Shown piece after piece: positions 17,643-26,172 of a DNA stretch of 32,000 bases. The position numbers and the translations under genes are program-made. Numbering within the stretch: the stretch's first letter is position 1; every line of letters begins with the position of its first letter. The notes below the pieces were generated by a model. It was not told the origin of the DNA. It saw only the letters and a list, made by a program, of their open reading frames with translations, and searched no databases. The DNA is from Ktedonobacterales bacterium (lineage in GTDB: Bacteria; Chloroflexota; Ktedonobacteria; Ktedonobacterales; JADMIN01): contig CP126532.1 of assembly GCA_030167145.1 (NCBI GenBank), forward strand, positions 240,001-272,000. The letters are read 5' to 3'.

Positions 17643-17885
17643 CTAGTGAGCCTGACCCAGCGCCTTCATCACATCTTTTGGTCCATTGAAGGAATCGGCG
17701 GGAAGCCGCCGGATTGTCTGCACTACCTCATCTGAAGCGTGGTTGTGTTGCGCCTGCTGCACCAGGTCAACCTTCGAGGCGGGATAATTCACCCCTTTCA
17801 GGTGCTTTTGCAGCTCAATCGGCGAGAGCCGCTTACCATTGCCCTGCCCGCTTCCCGCTGTGCCATCGGTCTGGTGTGTTGCCAT
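17643..17885 (-). CDS. DUF2795 domain protein
   Basis: 'SPIELQKHLKGVNYPASKVDLVQQAQHNHASDEVVQTIRRLP...FNGPKDVMKAL' matches the DUF2795 pattern. AGGAAAGGA RBS present. Confidence 0.75.
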   Translation of the reverse strand: MATHQTDGTAGSGQGNGKRLSPIELQKHLKGVNYPASKVDLVQQAQHNHASDEVVQTIRRLPADSFNGPKDVMKALGQAH

Positions 17886-18007
17886 GTCTATCTGATCCTT
17901 TCCTGCGTAGACGCACGAGCCACAACCGGCCGAACCGGTTCAGTGCGCCCACTGCAAGTTATGGGCCAGAATAATGTTCGCCTGACATCCACGGCACTCA
18001 CATCAAT

Positions 18008-19483
18008 TCACAACATAGGAATGCGTTCGAGCACCGGCAGCAGCAATGCCTCGGCTGATCCACCAGCAAGGGCACGCACACGCTCGCTCGCCACCACACG
18101 GATTCGGCGCTGATGCTGCTCATAAACCCCCAAATCGCTCGGACGCTGCCCTGTCGCTTCGGCCCACGTCATCAACGACACCATGCCGATTGGCGGCTGT
18201 GCAAAGCGTACCTGCACATCCATTTCCCACTTCTCAGGCTTCGGCACATCCACCAGCGTCTCATACGGCGCCACTGATGCCCCCAACCCCTCGGCCAGCG
18301 CCGCCGCCAGCTCAATCTCCACACGCCTCCGCTTCGCCTGATCCCAGAACAGTGCATCAAGCTGGCTGAAAAGCTTCCCAGCGCGAGCGCTGACTTCGAG
18401 CAGCACTTTATAGGGCTGTCGCATCCGCAGTCCGCTCACCAGCGCCCGCGCTCCCTCCGGCATTCCCTCGCCCCCAAGCAACGCCAGCAGCGAGCTATCG
18501 TCATGCCCATACAGGTCCGTAGGCATAATCGCATGCGCCTCAAGCGCCTCTTGCACCGCGCGCAGCAGCATCGCCATCATCGCACGATTCGTATGATGCC
18601 AGTAGACGTTATCGAACATCTCCTGCCGCGCGTGCAGCAACGAATTCAGCGGACTAATGCCCTTGTCGCTCACGCCCAGTCGCGCCCCATCAGTCGTTTC
18701 CAACACGCGCAACGAGCCGAGCAGCCGCGTCACATCCACACCACCGTAAGGCACATTACAGGCCCGCGCATCGCGTGGCAGGTAGTCCAATTTGTCCACA
18801 TCCAGCGCCCCGCTTAGCAGCCGTATCAGCAGCGAATCCTCCGCTAGCAGGGGCCGGTCGCGTGGCGGGTCCACCAGATCAGCGACGCGCCCTGGCTGGA
18901 GTCCGTGCCGCGACAACACAGCCGAGATCGCAGGAGCTTCAATCAGCAGGCGGCCAACCTTCTCGTGCGGCAGCACCGGGTAACCCAATTCTTCGATGGC
19001 ATGCGAAAATGGATAGTGCCCCACGTCATGTAGCAACGCCGCCGCCAGCAGTGTCTGCGGCGTGGTGTCATCCCCGCTGAGCAGATCGGGCGCCTGGGAA
19101 CGCAACGCATGGAGCGCACGCAACATCAAGTAATAGACGCCAAGGCTGTGCTCAAACCGCGTATGTGTCGCCCCTGGCCACACACGATACACAAAGCCAA
19201 GTTGCTTGACACCCTGCAAGCGTACAAACTCCGGCGTTGCAATCAACTCCACCTCAAGCGCGCTGAGTGGTATCAGGTCGTAGAGACTATCGCGAATCGT
19301 GCTCACCAGCGCACGCTCGGCCAGCACTGGCTCGCCGGCCAGAGCAGCATCCCAGAGTGAGGGGCGCGACGCAACGGCATCCAGTTCGCTCGCCTCTCGC
19401 CTGGCGCGGCCACTCGATTTCGGTGCCTTGGTGGCGCGATGGCCCGTAACATCAGATGGACCAGCAGTATCAGAAGTTGGCAT
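18008..19483 (-). CDS. HD-domain phosphohydrolase (COG1078 / SAMHD1-like dNTP triphosphohydrolase-type)
   Basis: 'TPEFVRLQGVKQLG', 'ATHTRFEHSLGVYYL', 'AALLHDVGHYPFSH' and 'DKLDYLPRD'. The start is uncertain; the first ATG is used and the ORF is open to 19588. Confidence 0.82.
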   Translation of the reverse strand: MPTSDTAGPSDVTGHRATKAPKSSGRARREASELDAVASRPSLWDAALAGEPVLAERALVSTIRDSLYDLIPLSALEVELIATPEFVRLQGVKQLGFVYRVWPGATHTRFEHSLGVYYLMLRALHALRSQAPDLLSGDDTTPQTLLAAALLHDVGHYPFSHAIEELGYPVLPHEKVGRLLIEAPAISAVLSRHGLQPGRVADLVDPPRDRPLLAEDSLLIRLLSGALDVDKLDYLPRDARACNVPYGGVDVTRLLGSLRVLETTDGARLGVSDKGISPLNSLLHARQEMFDNVYWHHTNRAMMAMLLRAVQEALEAHAIMPTDLYGHDDSSLLALLGGEGMPEGARALVSGLRMRQPYKVLLEVSARAGKLFSQLDALFWDQAKRRRVEIELAAALAEGLGASVAPYETLVDVPKPEKWEMDVQVRFAQPPIGMVSLMTWAEATGQRPSDLGVYEQHQRRIRVVASERVRALAGGSAEALLLPVLERIPML

Positions 19484-19659
19484 AATACGCGCATTGTACC
19501 GCTTTGCTGGGCAGAGCGTCCAGCGCCCTGTGGAAGGAATCGCGGCAAAGCTGCACCCCCCACGCCCCCGACGCGGCGCACCAGGCACACCGGTCTATGA
19601 AATGGCAGCGTGCACGCCCAACGAAATCGAGTAGCACTATCAATAAGTAATAGAGAGCA

Positions 19660-19688
19660 TTGTTCCTTGTGCTATTTGGTTGTATGAT
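19660..19688 (+). promoter_or_regulatory. sigma70-like promoter candidate (TTGTTC-17 nt-TATGAT)
   Basis: Hexamers at 19660-19665 and 19683-19688 with a 17-nt spacer, inside an AT-richer non-coding stretch. The first plausible downstream CDS start is about 375 nt away. Confidence 0.3.
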
Positions 19689-20063
19689 GACGCCTGTACG
19701 CTAACATGTCACCAGCGCGATTAACAAGGTGGCTGATCTCTATAGCGGATCACATTCTTCAGGTACGTGGAAACATCATGCCTGATTTTTAGCGTATCGC
19801 GCGCCCATATGATGGGCGAAGCACCGCGACGTGAGTCACAACCATGGTCGTGACTGCGCTGCATGTATCTCGCGTCGCGATAATACCGTGGCCCGTGACG
19901 GTGATGTGAAGGGGTGTCGCGCATGCGAAACATAGGTCCGGAATTGCTGAGTACAAATACTGGGCGCAACGAAGAGAAATGGTACGTGCGCGGTGCGCGT
20001 TGGTGGCTGCGAATGACCAGTTTCCGTTGGCCAACGCCACACCCGACAATCGAGGCCCGTGAG

Positions 20064-21158
20064 ATGACACGGCGCAGCAGGCTGGCGTCATGGCTCATCC
20101 TCGGTCTGGCGGCATCGCTGATGATACTGTTGCCTCTGGCAAGTAGCAATGTGAGTGCGCGCTTCGCCTTCTCAATCTTCGCTATCGGCCTGGTTGCCGC
20201 CGCCGTGCTGAATCGCCGGGGCTACATCTCAGCAGCAGGAACGTTGCTTGTGGTCCTCATCGTGTTCGCCATCCTCGGCCCGACCATAGCAAGTCCCATC
20301 GGCCTCACAATGGGCCTTCTGCCCAACTACGATGCCCTGGCCGTATCAGTCCTCGTCGCCGCGACACTGCTCCCTCGCCCGGCCATTTTTCTGGTTGCGT
20401 TCGCCAACACCGCGTTGATCGTCGCGGATTATCTTCTAGAGCCGCACAACGCCAACATCACCATTGACGCCAAACTCTATTCCAGCGCTACCATGCAAGC
20501 GGTTTCACTGCTCGTGCGCCCCATCGCCTTGGAACTGATTATCGCGGTCATCTCGTACCTGTGGATACGCGGCACCGATCAAGCTATCCGCCGGGCAGAC
20601 CGCGCAGAGGAAGTGGCGTACATGCGCCAGCGCGAGGCCGAGCAGAAGCGCGAACTGGAAGAAGGCGTAGAGCAGTTGCTCCAGGTGCTCGTGCTCTGGG
20701 CCAACGGCAACACTCAGGCGCGCGTGCCAGAAATGCGCGATTCGCTCCTCTGGCGCGTCGGCCATGCGCTCAACACCTTCATTGGCCGGCTAGAGCAATT
20801 CACTCAGGCCGAAGTCGTACTCCGCCACACGCAAGACGAAGCAGTACGGCTTGCCGCAGCCATCACCGAATGGCTGCATGGCCGCGCGCCTATTTGGCCA
20901 GCGCCCATCGGTACGCCGCTCGATCCAGTCATCGCCACCTTGCGTGGCGCCGCTCCTGAGCCTACCAGCATGGAACCCGGCTTCTACGGCGATAACTGGA
21001 CTCCGAACAACCAGCCACGTTCGTTTCCCTCACGCGGACCAGCCCCAACCTCACAGCCTCTACCGCCGAACTACCCAAACAATGTCCCTGGTAGTGGCGA
21101 CAATCCGCGCCCCCGCAATCCAACACACCCACCAGAACGCTTCTGGCCACCGGAGTGA
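20064..21158 (+). CDS. polytopic membrane protein with a degenerate HAMP-like segment and a Pro/Asn-rich tail; no output domain
   Basis: About 5-6 hydrophobic helices, then 'LVLWANGNTQARVPEMRDSLLWRVGHALNTFIGRL' (HAMP-like AxGxxxxRVP...LxxxFNxM pattern), then a low-complexity C-terminus. GC3 rises only after ATG 20064, which is why the upstream part of the ORF was excluded. Confidence 0.55.
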   Translation: MTRRSRLASWLILGLAASLMILLPLASSNVSARFAFSIFAIGLVAAAVLNRRGYISAAGTLLVVLIVFAILGPTIASPIGLTMGLLPNYDALAVSVLVAATLLPRPAIFLVAFANTALIVADYLLEPHNANITIDAKLYSSATMQAVSLLVRPIALELIIAVISYLWIRGTDQAIRRADRAEEVAYMRQREAEQKRELEEGVEQLLQVLVLWANGNTQARVPEMRDSLLWRVGHALNTFIGRLEQFTQAEVVLRHTQDEAVRLAAAITEWLHGRAPIWPAPIGTPLDPVIATLRGAAPEPTSMEPGFYGDNWTPNNQPRSFPSRGPAPTSQPLPPNYPNNVPGSGDNPRPRNPTHPPERFWPPE

Positions 21159-21164
21159 CACAAC

Positions 21165-21500
21165 CTATTCGACATTCTTCGCCTTGTTGTAATAGGTCAG
21201 CACTTCGTCCTTGGTGCGCGCGTAGGCGTCGCGGCCCAGTGCCATCGCATCGCTTGCGCGCTCACGCAACTGTGACGAGAACTGCTCATAATTGAACTGC
21301 CCACGCTTACGCGCTTGTGTCGTCTGCTCGCTAAGCTGCTGGCGCGTCTCCTCGCCACTCTGCGGCGCGAAAAGCACAGCCACCGCCGCGCCCACAGCCA
21401 AGCCAAAGACGAAACCCCAGAAAAACCCGCCACCCGATTTCCGCTTGCCATTCTTAGCCACGTCCACACCTACCTTTTCCGGGGGTATGCGCCAAGCCAT
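21165..21500 (-). CDS. YtxH domain protein
   Basis: 'FFWGFVFGLAVGAAVAVLFAPQSGEETRQQL' is the YtxH signature (TM helix + APxSG.E.R). Confidence 0.75.
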   Translation of the reverse strand: MAWRIPPEKVGVDVAKNGKRKSGGGFFWGFVFGLAVGAAVAVLFAPQSGEETRQQLSEQTTQARKRGQFNYEQFSSQLRERASDAMALGRDAYARTKDEVLTYYNKAKNVE

Positions 21501-21518
21501 ATCACTTCGCTGCCATGG

Positions 21519-21917
21519 CTATAGCGTTGGCGCGACCCCGAGCACCTGCTGCACACGCCCCAAGAGCGCCTCCAGCTCAAATGGTTTCTGCAACACCGAC
21601 GTATTGCCATAACGCCCCGGATTGCCCTCGATCAAGTTCGCCACCGATTCCGCGGCCAGCGGCGCCGCCGTGTACACGATGATCGGAATCTCCGCTGTGC
21701 TCTCCTGCGAGCGCAAGCCTTCCAGAATATCCACACCCGAGGCATCGGGCAACCGCAGATCCAGCACGATCAAGTCCGGTGGATTCTCGCGTACCCGTTC
21801 GACAGCCTCGCTGCCGCGCTCCAACACCGACACCTGATAATGCTCGTCTTCCAACAGCATCCGCATCAGTCGCAACAGGTCAGGCTGATCGTCAATCAAA
21901 AGGATGTGCTTGCTCAC
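21519..21917 (-). CDS. single-domain response regulator (CheY-like receiver)
   Basis: 'ILLIDDQPD' acidic pocket and 'DLIVLDLRLPDASG' phospho-acceptor Asp context. 132 aa with no output domain. Lies 18 nt upstream of ytxH. Confidence 0.85.
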   Translation of the reverse strand: MSKHILLIDDQPDLLRLMRMLLEDEHYQVSVLERGSEAVERVRENPPDLIVLDLRLPDASGVDILEGLRSQESTAEIPIIVYTAAPLAAESVANLIEGNPGRYGNTSVLQKPFELEALLGRVQQVLGVAPTL

Positions 21918-22275
21918 CGTTGTTCCTTCTTGTGTGCAGCGAACGACCTAACGAATAGCCTATTGCCACGTGCAATCTATCCGAGCTAACCCGCGAAACG
22001 CGCGGCCAGTGCATCTCAGAAAATCGCCAGACAACGCCATCCGCTTGCCATTGAGAACGCCAGGCAACTCTGCCGCGGACTGTAGCAGAAAACATACCAG
22101 AGTCCATCAGCGAACGCCTGTTGACCAGATCACGTAGATCGCTGTCGCAACTCTCTAGTGATACAACGCAGCGCGCTCCCCAGATGGTCACATTTCCCGT
22201 CAGCGGGACTATCTGGCTACACAGGCCGCCAGGGCGCGTGGTAGTCTCTGTGCAGAGCATATCAGGAGGATGACC

Positions 22276-22521
22276 ATGGACCCGCACAACCTCAAACGCC
22301 CGCCAGCCATGGGCGAAATGAAGCGTGTCGCCGAAGCGCAAGCGCTCACCTTGCGCGCGGAACTACGCGCCGCGATGCAGGTGGATCATCTCAACGCCGA
22401 AGACGTCGCACGGCAAGCACGGCTCGAACCTGCCGCCATCCAAGCATTCCTCGATGGCAACGCTCTCAATCCCCGCTGGCAGGCCAAACTCGAACACTGG
22501 CTCACCACCAGGCCAAGCTGA
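22276..22521 (+). CDS. small hypothetical protein, possible HTH
   Basis: AGGAGGA lies 5 nt before ATG 22276, in a GC3-biased frame. 'LNAEDVARQARLEPAAIQAFLDG' looks like a helix-turn-helix. No family recognised. Confidence 0.55.
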   Translation: MDPHNLKRPPAMGEMKRVAEAQALTLRAELRAAMQVDHLNAEDVARQARLEPAAIQAFLDGNALNPRWQAKLEHWLTTRPS

Positions 22522-22742
22522 CATCTTGCCGCCTGCTATCAACGCGACCACATTGTCTTAAGTCTCATCGCCCTTACTCATCCGCATCTCGTGTCCGCAT
22601 CCGACCGCACTTGTCCCCGCCTGACCACCTATCCCCACTCCTCCCACATGCTACACTTCCCGACAGGACATCCCGCTCCATCACCAGAAACACCAGGAGC
22701 ACCTCGTCTCATATGCGCCTGCAACCGCTTCGCTACCGCCAT

Positions 22743-22945
22743 ACATCGGCCACATCGGCCACTGGTCTTCACGCACAATCCAAAATTGCGGCGAAAACGG
22801 CGAAAATTTTGCGCCATGTCTGGTCACATCTTCTCGCCATCGCGGTCACATCGGCCCCTCTCCGGCATTTATGCCCTTGCTACTGTGCTCCACCAATGAA
22901 GGCCGAGACCGTGGCGTTTGTGCTTCCGCCATGTATGGCCGAGAC
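22743..22945. repeat. cluster of short direct repeats in a non-coding region
   Basis: ACATCGGCC tandem x2 (22743-22760) plus a third copy (22848-22856). GGTCACATC x2 (22822-22830, 22844-22852). CGGCGAAAA tandem x2 (22789-22806). ATG(aa/tat)GGCCGAGAC(c/g)GT x2 (about 22896-22913 and 22931-22948). Confidence 0.7.
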
Positions 22946-23003
22946 GGTCACAGTTGCCAAGCTTGCAGCAAAATCGGCAACCTTGAGCAACATATCAGGC
23001 ACA

Positions 23004-23033
23004 TTGACAGCGGCGCGGCGCACTCCCTATACT
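23004..23033 (+). promoter_or_regulatory. near-consensus sigma70 promoter (TTGACA-18 nt-TATACT) upstream of the aminotransferase-serA pair
   Basis: TTGACA at 23004-23009 and TATACT at 23028-23033. It would give a leader of about 100 nt before ATG 23140. Confidence 0.45.
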
Positions 23034-23139
23034 ACAGGAGAAATCCGGCCACAGTACGGCGGCGCGACGGTGCCCCGCCCCAGCGGCATCGCACGCAATG
23101 ACCGCGTGCGGCAACCGTGTTGAGGAGGCAAGCACCGCA

Positions 23140-24258
23140 ATGGAACAAAACCTGCGTATTCCCGGCCCAACCCCGATTCCGCCAGAAGTCTTGCATGCGC
23201 TCAGCCGCCCGATGATCAACCATCGCGGACCAGAGTTCGCCGCCATCTTGGAGCGCGTCGAGACACAGCTACAGCACTTCTTCCAGACCACACACCCAAT
23301 CCTCTTTTTCCCCTCAGCGGGTAGCGGAGCAATGGAAGCCGCCATCGTCAATTGCTTCTCCCCCGGCGACCACGTACTCGCCGTCACTATCGGCGTATTC
23401 GGCAATCGCTTCGCAAAGATCGCCGAAACGTTCGGCCTGCGCGTCACACGCCTGGAAACTCCCTGGGGCCACGCGGCAGACCTCGATCAACTCACTGTCG
23501 CTCTCGCGGACCAACGTGATCTCCGTGGCGTGCTACTCACTCACAACGAAACCTCCACTGGCGTCACCAACGACATCGCCGCGCTTGCCCGCATCATTCG
23601 CCAACGCCAGCCTGATGCGTTGATCCTCGTAGACGCGGTTAGCTCGCTCGGATGTGTTGACCTTCAAATGGACGCATGGGATCTCGATGTCGTCTTCACT
23701 GGCTCGCAAAAAGGTTGGATGGTGCCACCAGGGCTGGCGATGGTCGCAGTTAGCCCCCGCGCCTGGGCGGCTGCGGACCGCGCAACTTTGCCACGCTTCT
23801 ACTGGGACTTCCGCATGGCAAAGAAATCGCTTGACAAGGGACAAACCCCCTACACGCCGCCGGTCAACATCTTCTTTGGGCTTGATGTCTCGCTTGAAAT
23901 GATGCGCACCGAGGGCCGCGACGCCATCTTCGCCCGCCACCAGCGCGTCGCCGACCTCACCCGCACCCGCGCCCGCGCCCTCGGCCTCGCCCTCTTCGCC
24001 GACCCCGCATATGCCTCCAATACCGTCACGGCGATCATCGTCCCAGACGGCATTGATGGCAAAGCACTGACAAAGGCTTTGCGCGAACAGGAGAGAGTAG
24101 TCATCGCGGGCGGCCAGGAGCGGTTAGAAGGCAAGCTGCTCCGTATCGGTCATCTCGGCTACGTCCACGATACTGACATCAGCGCATGTATGGACGCCCT
24201 CGAACGCCAGCTCGCCGCCCTTGGCTACCGAGCACAAGAACCCGCCTACGAGCAGTGA
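23140..24258 (+). CDS. class-V pyridoxal-phosphate aminotransferase (alanine-glyoxylate / serine-pyruvate / phosphoserine aminotransferase-like)
   Basis: 'RIPGPTPIPPEVL...MINHRGPEF', 'SGSGAMEAA' and 'FTGSQKGWMVPPGL' (PLP lysine context). GAGGAGG upstream. Confidence 0.88.
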   Translation: MEQNLRIPGPTPIPPEVLHALSRPMINHRGPEFAAILERVETQLQHFFQTTHPILFFPSAGSGAMEAAIVNCFSPGDHVLAVTIGVFGNRFAKIAETFGLRVTRLETPWGHAADLDQLTVALADQRDLRGVLLTHNETSTGVTNDIAALARIIRQRQPDALILVDAVSSLGCVDLQMDAWDLDVVFTGSQKGWMVPPGLAMVAVSPRAWAAADRATLPRFYWDFRMAKKSLDKGQTPYTPPVNIFFGLDVSLEMMRTEGRDAIFARHQRVADLTRTRARALGLALFADPAYASNTVTAIIVPDGIDGKALTKALREQERVVIAGGQERLEGKLLRIGHLGYVHDTDISACMDALERQLAALGYRAQEPAYEQ

Positions 24259-24376
24259 TGATGAGCACGGAGGAGCAGCATCCGAAATCGCCGCAGCTTC
24301 TCCCTGGTGCCGTAGCGCGCTTTAATATGTCATACTAAGATAGAGAACACTTCTACAAATGTGCAGGGAGGAACTG

Positions 24377-26059
24377 GTGGCGCAACAGCAGGACGGCGAT
24401 ATCACCAAGTTACAACAACCGCGTGTGTTGGTGGCGGACCCCATCGCGGCGGAGGGTATAGCATTCCTGCGCGGAGTGGCACATGTAGAGGAGCGGCACG
24501 GCCTGGGTCAGGCGGAACTTATCGCGAGCATCGGTAATTTTGATGCCCTGCTGGTGCGCAGCGAGACGCGCGTCACCGCCGACGTTATCAGGGCCGGAAC
24601 GCGGCTGCGTATCATCGCCCGCGCGGGCGTTGGCACCGACAACATTGACCTTGACGAGGCAACCCGGCAGGGCGTCATCGTGGTCAATTCGCCCACCGGA
24701 AACACTACCGCCGCCGCCGAGCATACCCTGGCGCTGCTTCTGGCACTGGCTCGCCACATCCCAGAGGCCAATGCTGCTCTGCGCGACGGCCGCTGGGAGC
24801 GCGCAGCCTTTGTCGGCACCGAATTGCGCGGGAAGACGCTCGGCATTGTCGGGTTGGGCAAAATCGGTGCTGAAGTCGCGCGCCGCGCTGGCGAAGGTGG
24901 TCTCGGCATGCGCTTGCTCGCCGCTGATCCCTACGCCTCGCCGGAGACCGCACGCAAGCTGCAAGTAGAACTCGTTTCACTTGACGAGATGCTTCCCCAG
25001 GCTGATTTCGTGACACTACACACCGCATTGACCAACGCCACGCGCGGGCTGCTAGGTCCGGCGGAACTGGAGCTTATGAAACCGGGCGCACGCATCCTCA
25101 ACTGTGCGCGTGGCGGAGTAATTGATGAGCCTGCCCTGCTAGAAGCCCTCAATTCTGGGCATATCGGTGGCGCTGCCCTCGATGTCTTCGCCAAAGAGCC
25201 GCCCGCTCTCAACACGCCATCTGGTGCACTCGTGGCACACGCGAAGGTGATCGCCACCCCACATCTTGGCGCCTCGACCGAGGAAGCTCAGGTAAATGTC
25301 GCGCTGGAGGTGGCCGAGCAGGTGGCTGAAGTGCTGCGTGGCGGCACCGCGCGTGCGGCGGTCAACGCGCCGCTCATTCTACCGGAAACCCTGCGCGAGC
25401 TTCAACCCTGGATGGATCTGGTGGAGAAGCTAGGGCGGCTCTATACACAACTCCATCCCGGTCCTCTACATCGCGCCGAGCTAACCGTCAGCGGTGAGAT
25501 CGCTGGACTGGACACCCGCCCGCTCAGCGCCGCGCTTGTCAAAGGGTTACTGGAATCCGTCTCCGAAGCGCAAGTAAATTTGGTGAACGCGCAAGTGTTG
25601 GCGCGCGACTGGGGCCTGGAGATCACCGAGAGCCGATCAACCGAGCCAGAGCAATATGCCAATCTGGTGACAGTACGGGTAAGCGGCGATGGCGGCGGAG
25701 TGCTGCCCTTTATGCTGGCGGCGACCATCGCCTGGGGTGAAGAGCGCATCGTACGGGTAGATCAATATGCAACCGACTTCGTACCCAAAGGCCACATCCT
25801 CATCTGCCGCAACCTCGACCGCCCCGGCATGATTGGGCGCATCGGCACCATCCTGGGCGACGCTGGCGTCAACATCGGCCACATGGATGTCGGCCCCATC
25901 GCCAGTGTCCCACCTGATACCACCGTAAACCATGGCCAGCGCACACCAGGCGGCGAAGCACTGATGATCCTCTCACTCGATAACCCCGTCCCCGACCGCG
26001 CCATTGAGCAGATTCGCAACACCCAGGACATCTTCAGCTTCACCAGTGTCACGCTGTAG
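24377..26059 (+). CDS. serA: D-3-phosphoglycerate dehydrogenase (long form with ASB + ACT domains)
   Basis: 'GVGTDNIDLDEATRQGVIVVNSP', 'GKTLGIVGLGKIGAEVARRA', 'LHTALT' and 'NCARGGVIDE', with a C-terminal ACT 'NLDRPGMIGRIGTILGDAGVNI'. GTG 24377 lies 5 nt after GGAGG. Confidence 0.9.
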   Translation: MAQQQDGDITKLQQPRVLVADPIAAEGIAFLRGVAHVEERHGLGQAELIASIGNFDALLVRSETRVTADVIRAGTRLRIIARAGVGTDNIDLDEATRQGVIVVNSPTGNTTAAAEHTLALLLALARHIPEANAALRDGRWERAAFVGTELRGKTLGIVGLGKIGAEVARRAGEGGLGMRLLAADPYASPETARKLQVELVSLDEMLPQADFVTLHTALTNATRGLLGPAELELMKPGARILNCARGGVIDEPALLEALNSGHIGGAALDVFAKEPPALNTPSGALVAHAKVIATPHLGASTEEAQVNVALEVAEQVAEVLRGGTARAAVNAPLILPETLRELQPWMDLVEKLGRLYTQLHPGPLHRAELTVSGEIAGLDTRPLSAALVKGLLESVSEAQVNLVNAQVLARDWGLEITESRSTEPEQYANLVTVRVSGDGGGVLPFMLAATIAWGEERIVRVDQYATDFVPKGHILICRNLDRPGMIGRIGTILGDAGVNIGHMDVGPIASVPPDTTVNHGQRTPGGEALMILSLDNPVPDRAIEQIRNTQDIFSFTSVTL

Positions 26060-26172
26060 AAAAGCATCGAACACTATATCATTCAGATGGGAACCAGCAA
26101 TGCAGCAGCATTGTCTTCCTCTCTGGGATCTATGTTGATGTGGAAGACGGAACTGGTATGGGCAATCCAACG

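Noticed and set aside
19935-19943. 'GGTCCGGAA', resembling the start of the SRP RNA conserved domain-IV motif
   Set aside because: The rest of the motif (GGAAGCAGC) is absent and no closing helix is evident.
19908-19975. 'GGGGTG...GCTGAGT', vaguely like TPP riboswitch blocks
   Set aside because: It lacks CUGAGA and the ACCUGAUCUGGAUAAUGCCAGC half of the consensus, and the downstream gene is unrelated to thiamine.
21892-22341. 149-aa minus-strand ORF in the gap between the response regulator and the small HTH-like gene
   Set aside because: It has no RBS, no GC3 bias and a Cys/Trp/Arg-rich random-looking translation, and it overlaps the RBS and start of the better-supported 22276 gene. The 21918-22275 stretch is more likely a divergent promoter region.
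22743-22806. Short tandem repeats as a possible CRISPR or minisatellite
   Set aside because: The units are only 9 nt, occur in 2-3 copies and have no spacers. This is not CRISPR architecture.
23036-23050. 'AGGAGAAATCCGGCC', reminiscent of the RNase P RNA 'GAGGAAAGUCCGGGC' P4 strand
   Set aside because: It is not an exact match to the invariant GGAAAGUCCGG core. Only about 100 nt remain before the CDS, and no matching 3' P4 strand is seen.
22591-23123. ORFs of 102 and 170 aa on the + strand in the repeat-laden gap
   Set aside because: The translations are low-complexity (Ser/Thr/Pro/His/Arg) with no codon bias or RBS, and they run through the promoter-like element. The region is treated as non-coding.
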